Shown here: positions 34,966-47,300 of the stretch, in pieces
Layout: each line of letters begins with the position of its first letter
Numbering within the stretch: the stretch's first letter is position 1
Assembly (NCBI GenBank): GCA_965178125.1
Contig: OZ237756.1
Coordinates: 868,001-932,000, forward strand
Source: Bilabrum cf. latius
Lineage: Eukaryota
Length of the DNA stretch: 64,000 nucleotides
Reading direction: 5' to 3'
Program-made: the position numbers and the translations under genes
The notes under the pieces: generated by a model
What the model saw: only the letters and a program-made list of their open reading frames with translations
Databases searched by the model: none
Told to the model about the DNA's origin: nothing

Positions 34966-37336
34966 TCAGCCTCGCACCGCAGCCCGCACCCCAATCGTCA
35001 TCTTCGCAACCGACCGCATCGCAGCGGCCCCATCCACCGTCGATCGAGGCCTCTGCCCCACGGCCGGCTGCCTCTCCACCACGGAGGAGCGCCCGTTCAC
35101 CACGAACAGAGGGTTGGGCCCCTCCACAGCCCCAGGGCCCACCGACACGCCCTCGAGGTGCTGCCTGGCAAGCTCCTTCAGCCTCCGGTTTTCCTGCTTG
35201 AGACCCTACAGATGCTTCTCCAGCGCCAGTTTGTCCACTAGTGCACGGTTGTATCGCCCGTAGAACCCGTCGAGAAGGTTCTCCTGCCCCACCGCACCCT
35301 GGTCCGCCTTGCGGAGGGCAGTCGTGCGGGCGAGCACCGGCGGCAGCCCATCTCGCAGGACCTTTTGTGTGATGAGTGCAGCCCCATCAAGCCCATCATC
35401 GTGTGACAGAGCCATGCTTCCAAGGCGGCGGGAACGCCTCGCCGCGCCTGCGATCCCAAAGGAGGTCGAGGAGGAGGAGGAGTGTGAGGGAGCGATACCA
35501 GCAGGCTTGTGCTTAATTGCTGTTGCACCATCCCTGACGCCTGAGGATGGGCTGCCCTTGCCCCCCTCGCCGTGTAGATTGCTCTCGGAATGCCTCGCAG
35601 CGCCTTCACCCTCGCCCTCGCCCTAGCCCTCCATCCTCTCGTCTGCCTCCTTGCCGCCGGCAGACATCGCCTCGAATGACACGATCCCAATGGGCGCAGG
35701 CGATCCTCTGCCGCTCGAGGGCCCCTCCAGCCGGCCCGCGGGGGAGCCCATCCCAGACGCCAAACCGGAACCAGAGCGCGAGTTGCCACCCGCGCTACCC
35801 GCCACGAGACCCACCCCAAGCCGGACGACCCCATCCCCCGCCGGCCCACCCGCGCCCCCAGTGCTGCTGCCGGCCCTGCCTACCCGCATTAAGACCGTTG
35901 GCTCCTGCACCGGGCTGGGGGGACCCTCCGGCGCGTTGTCCCAAAGCTCGGATCCAACGGAAGCCACCGATGGCTGCGAGCCGATGCCGGGCCCTGTGAC
36001 GAGTGGGGCTGCAGGTGCCCCACTGCGCGGGACTGGCTGCGCATCCTTTTGCTCTCCTTCCCCCTCCTGCCCCCCACCACCTCGGCCACCGCTGCGCCAG
36101 GTCGCCCCCGAACCGATGCTCATCTACTCCAGACCTGCACTCATGGTGTCAGCCAGTGCCGCCAGTCGGTTGGAGGGTCTGATTCCCTTAGGGTCGTGGA
36201 AGGGCGCGATTTTCTCCGCCGTGCTTTCCAACCGGCGGGCCCTTTCCTGGAGCCTAAGGATGCGCTCTGCCGTGGCGGTCTGCTCGGCCAATGCGGCCTT
36301 GCATTGCCCTGCACCCAGTGCCATCCGCTTGAGCCGTCGCCCTGCCACTGTGTGCAGCTGCCTCATCCGGGATTTCAGGGCCCGGTACTGATGTAGCACT
36401 CCTGCTTTGCCCTCTTCCATCTCTTGATTTCTCCGCTCCTCGTCCCTGTTCCCGTTCATGAGCTTCGTCTTCCACACGGAGACCGAGTGGGTGAGAATCT
36501 TGACGCGCTCCTTGCGTTTTTCCAAGTCTTTGACGAGCTTCTTCTCGTTTTGCATCCGACGCTTGTACTCCTGCGTGCGCTCATCAGTGTTTGTGATGTA
36601 TGCAGTGTGCTCGTCTTCGAAGTGGTCAGACAGCGCCTAAAGCTTTGCATCCATCTGGGACTTGAGCTAATGGAAGTTTTCCAGATGCTCCGAGCTCAGA
36701 ATCTCTCTCTGACGCTCGTACTCTGCTTGCGCATCTTCCATGGTGAGTTCCTGTTTCTCTTTTAGGACCGCGATGTGGTGTACTAAAGCAAACTTCTCGT
36801 CAGCATGAGCTTGCTCCAACTCCTTCTTCTCCTCAGCGTATGTCCGTTTGATCACTTCCTTAGCATGGTGAAACTCTGCATCGAGTAGTGCTACCCTTTC
36901 TTCTTGTAAACGAACAATTTTTCGGATGCGAGCTAAGTGAGCAGTGGTTGCAAATCGCGTCTGCTCCTCAGCCTCCTCCGTATCCACGTCAAGCTGCTGC
37001 AGATGGGCATCTTTCATGTCAACATCACGCTTATGGGATTGCATCACGATCTCCATGTCTGATTTCACCCGCTCAATCTGCAGGACGACAGGATGGGCGA
37101 GGAGTTTAAGTGGGCATCGGCAGGGTAGGCCACTGCGAATCTATCGAGCGAGGACAACAGCGACTCACTTTGCTGTCTCTAAGGAGCTTAATCCATTTGG
37201 AATGCAACTTTTTCTAGCTGATTGATGAGTCTCGTAGCTCGGTTTTTAAGGCCCTACGAAGCCTGTACGCCGTTTTTCGTAGCACCAACCTTCGCCTGTC
37301 AGCCTCTTGCTCTGCTTCGATCTTCGCTGCCGCCAT
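34966..37336 (-). CDS. CCDC65: Dynein regulatory complex subunit 2 (CCDC65/DRC2)-like (intron 37078..37168)
   Basis: KWIKLLRDSK|IERVKSDMEIVMQSHKRDVDMKD..DTEEAEEQ..AHL and the C-terminal FYGRYNRALVDKLAL..LKQENRRLKELARQHLEGVSV..NPLFVVN match DRC2 motifs. TAGs at 37214, 36667, 36637, 36124, 35623 and 35206; stop is TGA. Confidence 0.8.
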
Positions 37337-37539
37337 GGTAGTTCGGGCGTCTACCACTGAGTTCAACGTCGCTGACTGGTCCTGATCTCGAAGAAAGTCC
37401 TCCACAGGTGCGAGCCCGGCGGCGTGCTCGTACCGGACACATCCACATATACCTAAATCTGCACTCAACAAATAGATAGCGTTCGAAGTTCGAACGCATT
37501 CAAATCTATCCTATCGTTAGCATGAGATAACTTTCACTT

Positions 37540-38208
37540 ATGAGCAGTCAACCAACGAGATTAAGGGATTCGATCCTTGAGATTTTGCAGTCCAGGGATG
37601 CAGGCAAGACCATGTGCCCATCGGAAGCAGTCCGCAGACTTTTCAAGGATTGGCGGTCTCATATGGATTAGGTGCGTCATGTAGCTATCAAGATGTCCGC
37701 AGACGGCGAAATTGAGGTGACCCAGAAGGGGGAAGTTGTGTCGCCACCATTCCGAGGTCCAATCAGGCTGAGGCTCTGCAGCGAAACACTACGAGGTGAG
37801 ACTGCCGCGAGCAAGAGCACAAACGAGACAAAGCTGTTACGATTATTAGATACAACGCATGGGACTCATGTGACCGGACGACCTCGAAAGCGAAAGAAGC
37901 CCGAGTCGGGCGGCTCTTGTAGACGTGGCAAGCATCAAGGCGAAAAAGTCTAGTAGATCTAGTCGAAATCAACGCGAATCAGATTTAGAACAGCCACGTA
38001 GAGCTCCATGGCACCCCAACAATCCGGATTCATTAAAGTGCACACTGAAAGCATGAAGGCCCGTGGAACGCGCCATCAGAGCGCAGCCAGCAGCCCTCTC
38101 GCAGAAGCGCAGACTGCCAGCGGCGAAATCGATCTCGTGCAGCCTGCCCCGCTCCAGCATCCACCAAAGAGACGAAGGACGCAGCCAAATCGATACATCC
38201 CGTGTTAA
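37540..38208 (+). CDS. DUF3253-domain protein with low-complexity C-terminal tail
   Basis: ILEILQSRDAGKTMCPSEAVRRL..WRSHMD*VRHVA..GEIEVTQKGEVV..FRGPIRLRL is the DUF3253 pattern. TAGs at 37669, 37951, 37954, 37960 and 37999; ends at TAA 38206. Confidence 0.8.
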
Positions 38209-38373
38209 ATCTTAAATAGGGGAAATATTTGAGTTGTTAGGAGGTGGCCATCAGTGCAACAGGCCTCTGCACCGTGTGTGATTTCGTGCCCCAAAACACA
38301 CGATAAATTGCATGCTACTATATCTATCCTAGAATCTATGTCCAAATTCAAACCCACTCGCTACACGTGCTCA

Positions 38374-41300
38374 TCATGTGCCCACATCCTGCAACAGGCA
38401 CACGCCAGCCATGACCCACCTGGCCGCTGGCGACTTGGTCTTGAGCTGCGCCTGGAACACGTACGTTGGGCCGCGCATCTCTGTCTTGTACACGGGGCAC
38501 ATGAACACGCCCTTCATATCGGCCTTCTCCTGAGACACCGCCCGGCAGTTGATCACAGGCATCTGGAAGAACATCTCCCTTGGCTTGGACTTCTCCACGA
38601 AGCCACCCGCCACATCCCACCGGGCCCCCTGCATGAAGAGACCAGTGATGTAGGCGCCTCCGTCCGGGGCGGCTGCGTCAATCTCGTCGTCGTACTTCTT
38701 GGTCACCTCGGTGAGGATCACCAGCTTGTCCAGCTCAAGGTTGTCCCTCTGGGCGGCCTGCTGCCGGATGGCGGTCAGGTAGGACTGTGGGTTGATGAAG
38801 CCGCTGATCCAGGCCACCCTCGGTGTCTCCGTGGGGTTGGCGGTCCACTCGTTCAGCTGCTCGATCCTGCGTGTCAGGTCCACCTTCCAGCCGAGGAGGT
38901 TTCTCTCAGAGGGCCACGCGAGCTTGGACCACGTCGAGGGGACGCGGGCCAGCTGCAGGCTCAGCTCCAGCTGTTCCATGGCGTCCGACATGGTCAGCTT
39001 GCCGCCGAAGCCCAGCTCCAGCTCCACGAGGCTCTCCTTCATTGCGATCAGCAGCTTGTTCATCTGCTCCAGCTCCAGGATGAGCACGTTCTGGAAGGGG
39101 CCCCTCCCGCCCGCGTCATCGATCGCCGTCCCGATGTCCTCAAGATCGTACGTGGTCTCACCGAACTGGTCCAGGAGGTCAGTCAGCGCCTGGTGGGCCT
39201 CCTCGCGGGGGGTCTTGCCGTCGCCCGCGCCCGCTGCGTCCCGTGGCTGCAGCTCCTGCATGAGCTTGAACATGTTGCTGGACTGGTCCGTCCGGAACCC
39301 GATCTCGGCGTTGGGATGCAGCCCGAACGCGATGGGCGTGTCGCCCTTGAGCGTCTCGTCGATGTGGGCGAGGTACCTGTCGGCGGTGGTGGGCGCCGGA
39401 GACATGAAGGTAGCGTCCTCGTCCTTGTTGAAGGGGAAGAGCTCCATCTCGTCCAGCAGCTCCTCCCTCATGAAGTGGTCCAGGTACGTCACGCAGAGCA
39501 GACGGTCGAAGTCGTTCACGATGTGCCCGCCGTACATGATCTGCCCGAAGATGTACCTCAGGTCCTCCCACGGGATCTTGCTCCCCGCCGACTCCATGTA
39601 GTTCTGAAGAGCCACGGACGAGTCTCTCAGGTCGCCCAGGGAGAAGGGGTACATCATGTTGAAGCCCTTGGGACCGAACTTCTTGCGCTCGATCATGACC
39701 GCATGGAAGTGGCACAGCCCGAAGAGGATGGCCCGCATCTTCTGGTCGGCCTCGTTGATGAACTCGGGCTAAAAGGAGCAGAAGGCGCGCTTGAGGTTGG
39801 CACGGAGACCGGTGGGCGGCTCGTTCGTCAGCTTGATGCTGCGGTTCAGGATGCCGATCGGGATGGTCTTGGCGGCGTCAGAGGTCAAGAAGAGCCTGAA
39901 CTTCTCATGGGAGCCCTCGGCGTTGTTGTCCAGCTGGAACGCGTCCAGGATTTTCTCCAGGCGGACGAGCCACCTGGGCATGAGGTGCACGTTGTTGAGG
40001 ATCACCCAGTGCCCCTGCTTGTGGGCAAGGTCCAGCTTCTCCTCGGCCGTCTTGTCCTGGCCCTGCCCCATGGACACGTTGTGGTACGACACGCCCTTGA
40101 CGAAGCCGAGCTTGGCGGCGTGCTGGTCAAGGTCGCTCACCACGTCCGCTCCCGGCGAGAGTATGAAGTAGATGGGCGTGTTGGGCTTGGAGTCCTTGTG
40201 CGTCTGATCCAGCACGTTGTACGAGGACAAGGTCTGGTCGCAGTCCGCGAAGGCGCCACCGTTCGGCAGGGTGGCCCTCACGAAATTGGACATGGCCACG
40301 TTGAGACGGTCGGGCCGCATGCACTGCAGCACCAGGAGCTTCTTGAAGGGCTCCTTCTCCAGCTTGGACCAGTCCAGGGGCAGCTTCTCGGTCTCTGGGG
40401 TGACGTGGTTGAACCACTCCCTGAACCTCCCGGCGCCTTCCTCGAGGTGCTGGGGCAGAGCCGCGAACTCCCCGCCGTCCAGCTCCGCCAGAGCCTTGAC
40501 TGCATTCCACTGCGGCGAAGGAAGCCACTCGCCAACGGCAGGAGGCGGGGAGTCGTTCTTGTCCGTCGAGGGGTTGAGCAGGAACTTGAAGTAGTGCGGC
40601 TCGAACTCGGACTCGATCTTGCCCCGCTGGATGAGCTAAAAGGTCAGCTGGGACAGCAGCACGAGCTTGTGCTCCTCGAAGAGACCCCGACTCACCCACG
40701 TGAAGATGACCAGCCGCAGGGTATTCTTGAGGTTCTCCACCCTCTCCTCGATCTTCTCCCCTGCCTCCGACTCGCGGATGGACTTGTAGAAGAAGAGCAT
40801 GAACTGGTCCAGCGAATACTGGTACATGTGGTCGATGGCCGAGAGCGCCGTGATCATGAAGTACAGCATGGCACCCTCCTCAGCCACGGGGATGTACACC
40901 TGCCTGGCGATGTTGATCTCTTCCTCCGTCTTGCGGCCGAGTGTCACGGCCTCCCCGATCTCCGTGGCCGTCTGCTTGGTCTTCTCGAGCCCCTCGATCA
41001 GCTCAACGTCGCTGAGGATGTCCTCGGGCGCGTTGGCCAGCTTGTTGAGCAGGTCGTCCTCCAGCCGGAGGAGCTTGACCTGGTACTCATTGAAGGCCTC
41101 CTGCAGCTCCTGCTTCTTCTGCTCCAGGTCGGGCTTCTCCTTGTTGACAACCTGCGCCAGCAGCTGGTCCTTGAGGCCCTCCTCCGTGGCGATGAAGTTG
41201 ATGAGGGTGCACTGGGCCTGGGTCTCCGGCTTGTAGTGCGGGTTGTTGAGCTTCGTCTGCAGGTACAGCTAGAAACTGGGGCTGTACTCAACGTCCTCGC

Positions 41301-44300
41301 CGCCGATGTTCAGGTACTGAGACCGGCCCTTGAGGGTCACGGCGCGGGCCAGCACCGGGTCAAGCGTGGCATCGAGGTCCTGCCCGCAGTTCTCGAGGAT
41401 GAGCGTGAACCCGTTGGTGATGCACTGGCTCAGGGTGTTGGTCCACTTGGGCTGCGTCAACTGGGTCACGGTAAGGTTGTTCTCCTCCTCCCTCTTCCTG
41501 AGCCACTTGATGCCTTGCAGCTGGGGGTCGATCAGCAAGGGCCAGCGCTTCGAAGCGGTCGTGATGGCGCCGTTCTCCAGCGAGATCCTGTCCGAGGGCA
41601 GGCCCTCTGCCATCATGTCGGCCTTGGCGGCCTCGCTGACCAGCACGTCGAGAGGGTCCATGCCCTCGCTGATGGGCACCTTGAGCTCGGCCACCTTGGG
41701 CAGCCACACCTCCTGCCACAGCTCGTTCCTGTACGTGTAGTCGAAGGCGCCCAGATAGGACACGAAGGCGGCACCAACGAGGGCATCGCCGATGAGCATC
41801 CTCTTGCTGTCCTTGAGCGCCTGCACGGTCTTGCCCCAGCGATCGTTCTCGCTCTGCAGACCGTTCACGAGACGGTTGGCCAGACCCAACTTTGCGTTGC
41901 ACGCCGCCGCGTCGGCCTCCACCTGCTCCTTGGCGGCGGTCTTCTCGGCCAGCATGGCCTCCAGGCCTGCTACCTTCTCGCGGACCGCCTGCAACTCCTC
42001 CGTGGCCTTGTCCTTCTCGGCGATGGCCCCGTTCATCTTCTCCTCCGCGGCATCGGCTGCCTTAATCAGAGGGTCCACCTTCACGAAAATGCGGTTGAAG
42101 TTGTAGCAGTTCACCACGAACTCACACAAGGAGGCAGCGGCCCCCGACTTCTTCGCGATGGCCTCCTTGTTGAAGTAGTCGAGCGACAGGAACTCCTTCT
42201 CCAGCTTGGCCAGCTGCCAATCCTCCAGCGTCTTGATGTCATCACCCTCCGCGAACACCATCAGCTCGTCCATGAAACCCATCACGTTCTTCATCATCTT
42301 CTGAGCGCGCTTCCAGGACAGGTCCTTCTTCTCCTTGAAGACCATCACCAGTGTCGCGGCGGTCACCGACACCACGGCCGGGGGAGGCTTGCCCAGCGAC
42401 TTGAGCGTGTCCAGCTCGCTCTTTGCCTTCTTGAGCTCGTCAAGAGCTGCAAAGGCCGCCTCCATGGCCGGCTTAGCCTTGGCCAGCTCCTTGTCGGCGT
42501 CGGCCTTGATGGCCATGGCCTTCTCGCTCTCCTCGGCTGCCCTGGCGGCGATGGCGGAGGAGGCCTGCTCCTGCACCTCGGCGTCGGCCTTCTCCTTGTT
42601 GACCACCTTGAGGATCTCCTCCGTCTCGGCCACCTGCTCAGCCACCTTCTCCATCGTGTGCTGCAAGTCGACCTTGAGCTCCTCCACGGTCTGACCGGTG
42701 GACATGAGCTTGGCGAGCCCGTCGTCCAACCTCTTGATGTTCTTGCCCGACTCCTCCCTCTTGTCGCTGAGCAGCTTGCGGTACAGCGAGATGAGCTCCA
42801 GGAAGCTCTTGGGGGTCGTGTAGTTGTACCGGCGCTGCCTCTCGAGGTACACCGCGCTCTTCTCGGTCACGCTCAGGTGGGCGTCGGCCATGAACTCGGC
42901 CACGCCCGAGGCGATCTCGTCATCCTCCAGCTCGACGTCGCCGAGGAACCGCTCCGCCACGCTGATGAGTGCGTCCCTCGGCCAGGCCATGAATCGGTCG
43001 ATGGAGGTGCAGTTGACGATGCCGGGGAAGCGCCTGGCCCGGATGCGGAAGAGATCTCCGACGGGGCTGAAGCACAGCACCACGTGGAGGTTGCTCCTGA
43101 TCTTCTGCAGCATAAAATCGAAGAGAGCGCCCTGGTCGTCTACCATGACGCCCATGGCCTTGGCCTCGTTCCGCACGCTGCCCACCATGTTGAGCACGTC
43201 CTCGGGCTCGAACAGGTCGGGGATCCATCCGCTCGTCAGCATCTCGTTGATGTACACGAGGAACTCGTCGTCCACGATCTGGCCGTCCGTCATGAGGAAG
43301 ATCTGCCCGCCGTCGTCCTTGGTCGCGTTCTTGTATACGACCTGGAGTGCCTCTCGGAGGTCCGTCGTGGTGAACTTACTCGTCACACTGAGCTGCACCG
43401 TGTGGTACCCGCAGATGTGCGCAGCCAGTCGCGACAGGGACTGCTTGCCGCTGCCACCGACACCCACAAGCATGGCATGCCCCCCAGGCTACGTGATGAT
43501 CCTGGCGATCCTGCAGACGTGCTGCATGGCTGCCTCGAAGAGCACCAGTTCCATCACGGAGTTTTCATCGTTGTACACACTCAGCTCGTCCACCAGCTTG
43601 TTTGTCAGTATCTCCATGCCCTTGTCGCCTGCCGTCAGGGGAAGGTAGACGGGCTCGCCGCCGGGCTGACCCGCAAAGGACGTGAAGATCATGGGGTACA
43701 CGTCGTACTCCTCCTTCTTGTACTCCTTGAAGCATTCGCTGCAGACCTCGGTGATCTGCTTATCGAACTCTGCCTGGTCCTGCTCGTCCACCAGCCGGTC
43801 CCTGTACACGCGGCACGACTCGTGCATCCACAGACGGATGACCTTCTCGGGCTTGGGATAGAAGTCCGACCGGGCGGATGTGAGCCCACGGTAAACGTTA
43901 CCGAGCTCCCGCATGTTCCAATTGTACATGAACGTGTTGGCGGAGGGCAGGAACTTCGTGGAGACGCGCTCAAGAAGCTTGATGGAGGCCTGCGCCAGCA
44001 CCTCGGATAGCTCGGCAACGGGCGGCGCGAACTGGTTCACGCGGAAGTGGCCCTCCATGATGGACTGGTAGATGGTCTGCAAGTCGCCTTCGCCAGGCAT
44101 GAGCGTGGCGAAGAGCGTGAAGGCCCTCTGCAGCCGCATGGCGATCTTGAAGGAACCCGCCGTGGGGTTCATGGCAGACACGAACTGCACGTCTGCGAGC
44201 TCCTTCTTGAGCCCGAGATCCTCCCTGTCGAAGTAGGAGCCGTGATCGATGGCCTGGCGCAGCAGGGACAGCGAGTTCTGCGTGCCGTACGTCTCGATGT

Positions 44301-47300
44301 ACGGGAGATTCAGGTCGTCCACGAAGATGAGCATCTTCCTGCCTGTGGGAGGGCCGAAGGTCCTGCCCGAGCGCTTGTCGATGGAGGAATCCAGCTGGAC
44401 CTGGAGCGCCTTCGAGTCCATGAAGTAGTTCGCGTTGATGACCTTGGTGTCGAAGTGGTCAGGCACCCCGTTCGTCAGGTAGTTCTTCACGAGAGTGGAC
44501 TTGCCTGTCCCCGCCGTGCCCACCAGCATCACGGGGTGGCCCTGCTGCACCACACGGTCCATGAGAGTAGACACCCGCACCGAGTCCACCGTCTGCACGG
44601 TGATACGGTCGAAGGGCCGCTCGTCCGCAGACACGCCGATGGGCACGTGCACGTACTTCTCCACCTTTTCCGCCCAGGGCCGGAACTCGTGCTCCTCCTT
44701 GTTGTAGTAGAAATCGAAGCACAGCGCGTCCTCCACGCCCTCATACCCCTTGGGGAACTTGACGTTGGGCGCGGCCATCTCGCACAACAGGTCGTGGAAT
44801 GCCTTGCGGTAGTCCCCGGCCACCCCCTTGGTCTTGTCGACCGTCAGGGCGCCGCCGAAGGACCAGGCCATCGCCAGCACGAAGCAGTGCTCGATATCCT
44901 CGGGGGTCGGCTCGGACTCGGCATCCCAGTCCGACAGGAACGAGTCCATGTAGCGGGTCACGCTCGCCACGCCGGAGATCATCACAACGGGAGTGATGGT
45001 CTTGTACCTCCTGCGCACCTCGTCGGCTGTCCTCTCGATGTACTTGTCGAAGAGGCCAGGCAGGTGGGCACGCTCCACCTCGCGCTCCCTCTTCTGCACC
45101 CACGAGTCCACCATGGGCCTCCACCCCACGTCCGACTCGTTGATGTACAGGATGCCCGCTCGCGATACAGTGGCGGGCGTCGCGTTGGCCAGCGAGTCGA
45201 TCTCGAAGAGCATCCTCATGGCGTCTGACAGCGGCACGCGCTCGTTTGACACGAGCGTCAGCACCTTGTTGTCGTCCATCACAGTGTTCATCGACTCGAT
45301 CCACTCGGCGTCGATGTCGCCGTCCAGCACGCACCACTTGTGCTCCTGGTACGAGTGGAAGCCCAGGTCGCGCGTGTTGCGGCTCATGCCTCGCATTACG
45401 ATGGTCAGGCAGCCCTCCTTCCAGTCCTTGGCCAAGGTCATGTACCCGTACAGCTCGTTGGAGGTCACGGCCTTGGGATTGAACCGCTCGTAGATGCAGG
45501 GCTTCTGCCTCGTCTTGCCCACGTTCTTGGAGTTGGCGAGGGTCCGCCACACCTCGGTCTTGCCCGAGCCCGCGATCCCCAGCACCATCACCGAATGCCT
45601 CACGTCCAGCAGCTCCTGGAACTGCACGACCTTCTTGATGAAGTCGCTGTCGGCCTGCAGGCCCCACTCCACGGCGGCGGCCTCGGCCTCGCTCTGCACC
45701 TTGGTGTCGAACTTGGGCTCGATCTGGTAGTACTTGGGGAACAGATCCTGCACCAGCCGCTTGAAGATGGGCAGGTCGGCCAGCGGCATCTTGGGGGTAT
45801 TGAAGTCGCGGAGTGCCCTCATCAGCACGCCGTCCTCGGGGACGTCAGGCTCGCCTCGCTTGAGACCGCCCGCCACCCGCAGCACAGACTTCATGGACCG
45901 CAGTCCCCAATCGTAGTGGGCCTGCTTGGACAGCAGCTCGGACGACAGGTCGTACAGCGTGACCATCTTGATCGACAGGGGCCGAGCGTTGGCGAAGCCC
46001 TCCGCCATGAGCATGTTCTCGGCGATCAGCGCAAAGTCGGGCCGGATCATGGCACATGACCGGAACAGGGCCTTGAGGTTCTCGGGGAGCTCCGTGCGGC
46101 CGGCGTACCCGGGGTTCATGGTGATGAACATGCCCACCGTGGGGATGAGCGTCACTGTGTCGCCCTGCAGCTCGAAGCTGCCGATGGTCACGGGCGGGGA
46201 GCCAGCGGGCAGGTGCTGGTACTCCTCCGGGCGGTTGGCGGGGTTCGCGAGCAGCTTGACTGCGTCCAGCACCTGCTTGACCTGAGTCGACACCACGGAC
46301 AGCACCTCGATGGAGATGCGGTTGAACTCGTCGAAGCAGCCCCAGGCGCCCACCTGCGCGAGGCCCTTGAAGATGTCGGCCAGGCCCTGGTAATTCATCT
46401 GGTCCGAGCAGTTGAACACGTAGCAGGGCAGAGACAGGGCACGCGCGAGATCCTTCGTGGTCTCCGTCTTGCCGGTACCGGCGGGCCCCGCGGGGGCGCC
46501 GCCCAGCATCAGGCGAAGTGCCATGGTCAGCGTGATGTAGCACCTGTCGGTCAGCGGGGTGATCACCAGCCTGCCCGTGTTGCCCACCCACTCGTAAAAG
46601 TACTTGGACCTGAAATCGGTAATCCGGATGTTGACATCCATGGTCTCGGCCTGCCAGTAGTTGCGCAGCTGCTGCACCCACAGAAAGTTCTCCGGGCTGT
46701 CTGCCTTCTACGCAATGAGGTTGCGCACCACGTCGCGGTTGTGCACGTCCATCGTGATCATAGTGATGATCTTGACTCGCAGCGCCTTGGGCAGCTTGGT
46801 CAGCACGCGGGCGATCAGCGCGTCGAGTCTCTTGATGCAGACCCCGAGGTAAGTCTTCACGGCCATCTCCTGCCCCTGCTCCAGCTCGTCAAGCGCCCGC
46901 TCCGTCTCCTCCGTCCAGTAGATCTGCGCGGCGGTAAGCGCCAACTGGGCCGGGTAACCTTCCAGCCACACGTGCCTGGGCTTGGAGGCATCCGTGTCCC
47001 AGTTCACTGCCGTCTCCTGGGCGTCGTGCAAGATGTGCTTGAGGGTGTTGCGCTGCATCTCGGTGAGGTCGTTCAGCCAGTTCTCCACGGCACCCTGGAT
47101 GACGAAGGGCTTGTAGAACTTTACCTTCTCTCCGTCCTTGGCCGTCATCTCCAGGGCCACGTTTGGGATGGCGCCCTCCTCGGCGGGGGGCTCGAAGGTG
47201 ATCTCCTTGATGGCGTCGTAGCAGTCGCCCAGGAAGGGTACCACCTTGGGCGGGTTGCTGCCGTTGGACAGCGTCGTGAGGAGAGCCTCCGAGGACATAA

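Noticed and set aside
38254-44010. 1918-aa + strand ORF (also 49852..52554, 24146..26302, 55012..57189, 11480..12682)
   Set aside because: Codon-register mirror images of real genes. High GC3 removes TTA/CTA/TCA from the sense strand, leaving the antisense frame open; no recognisable domains.
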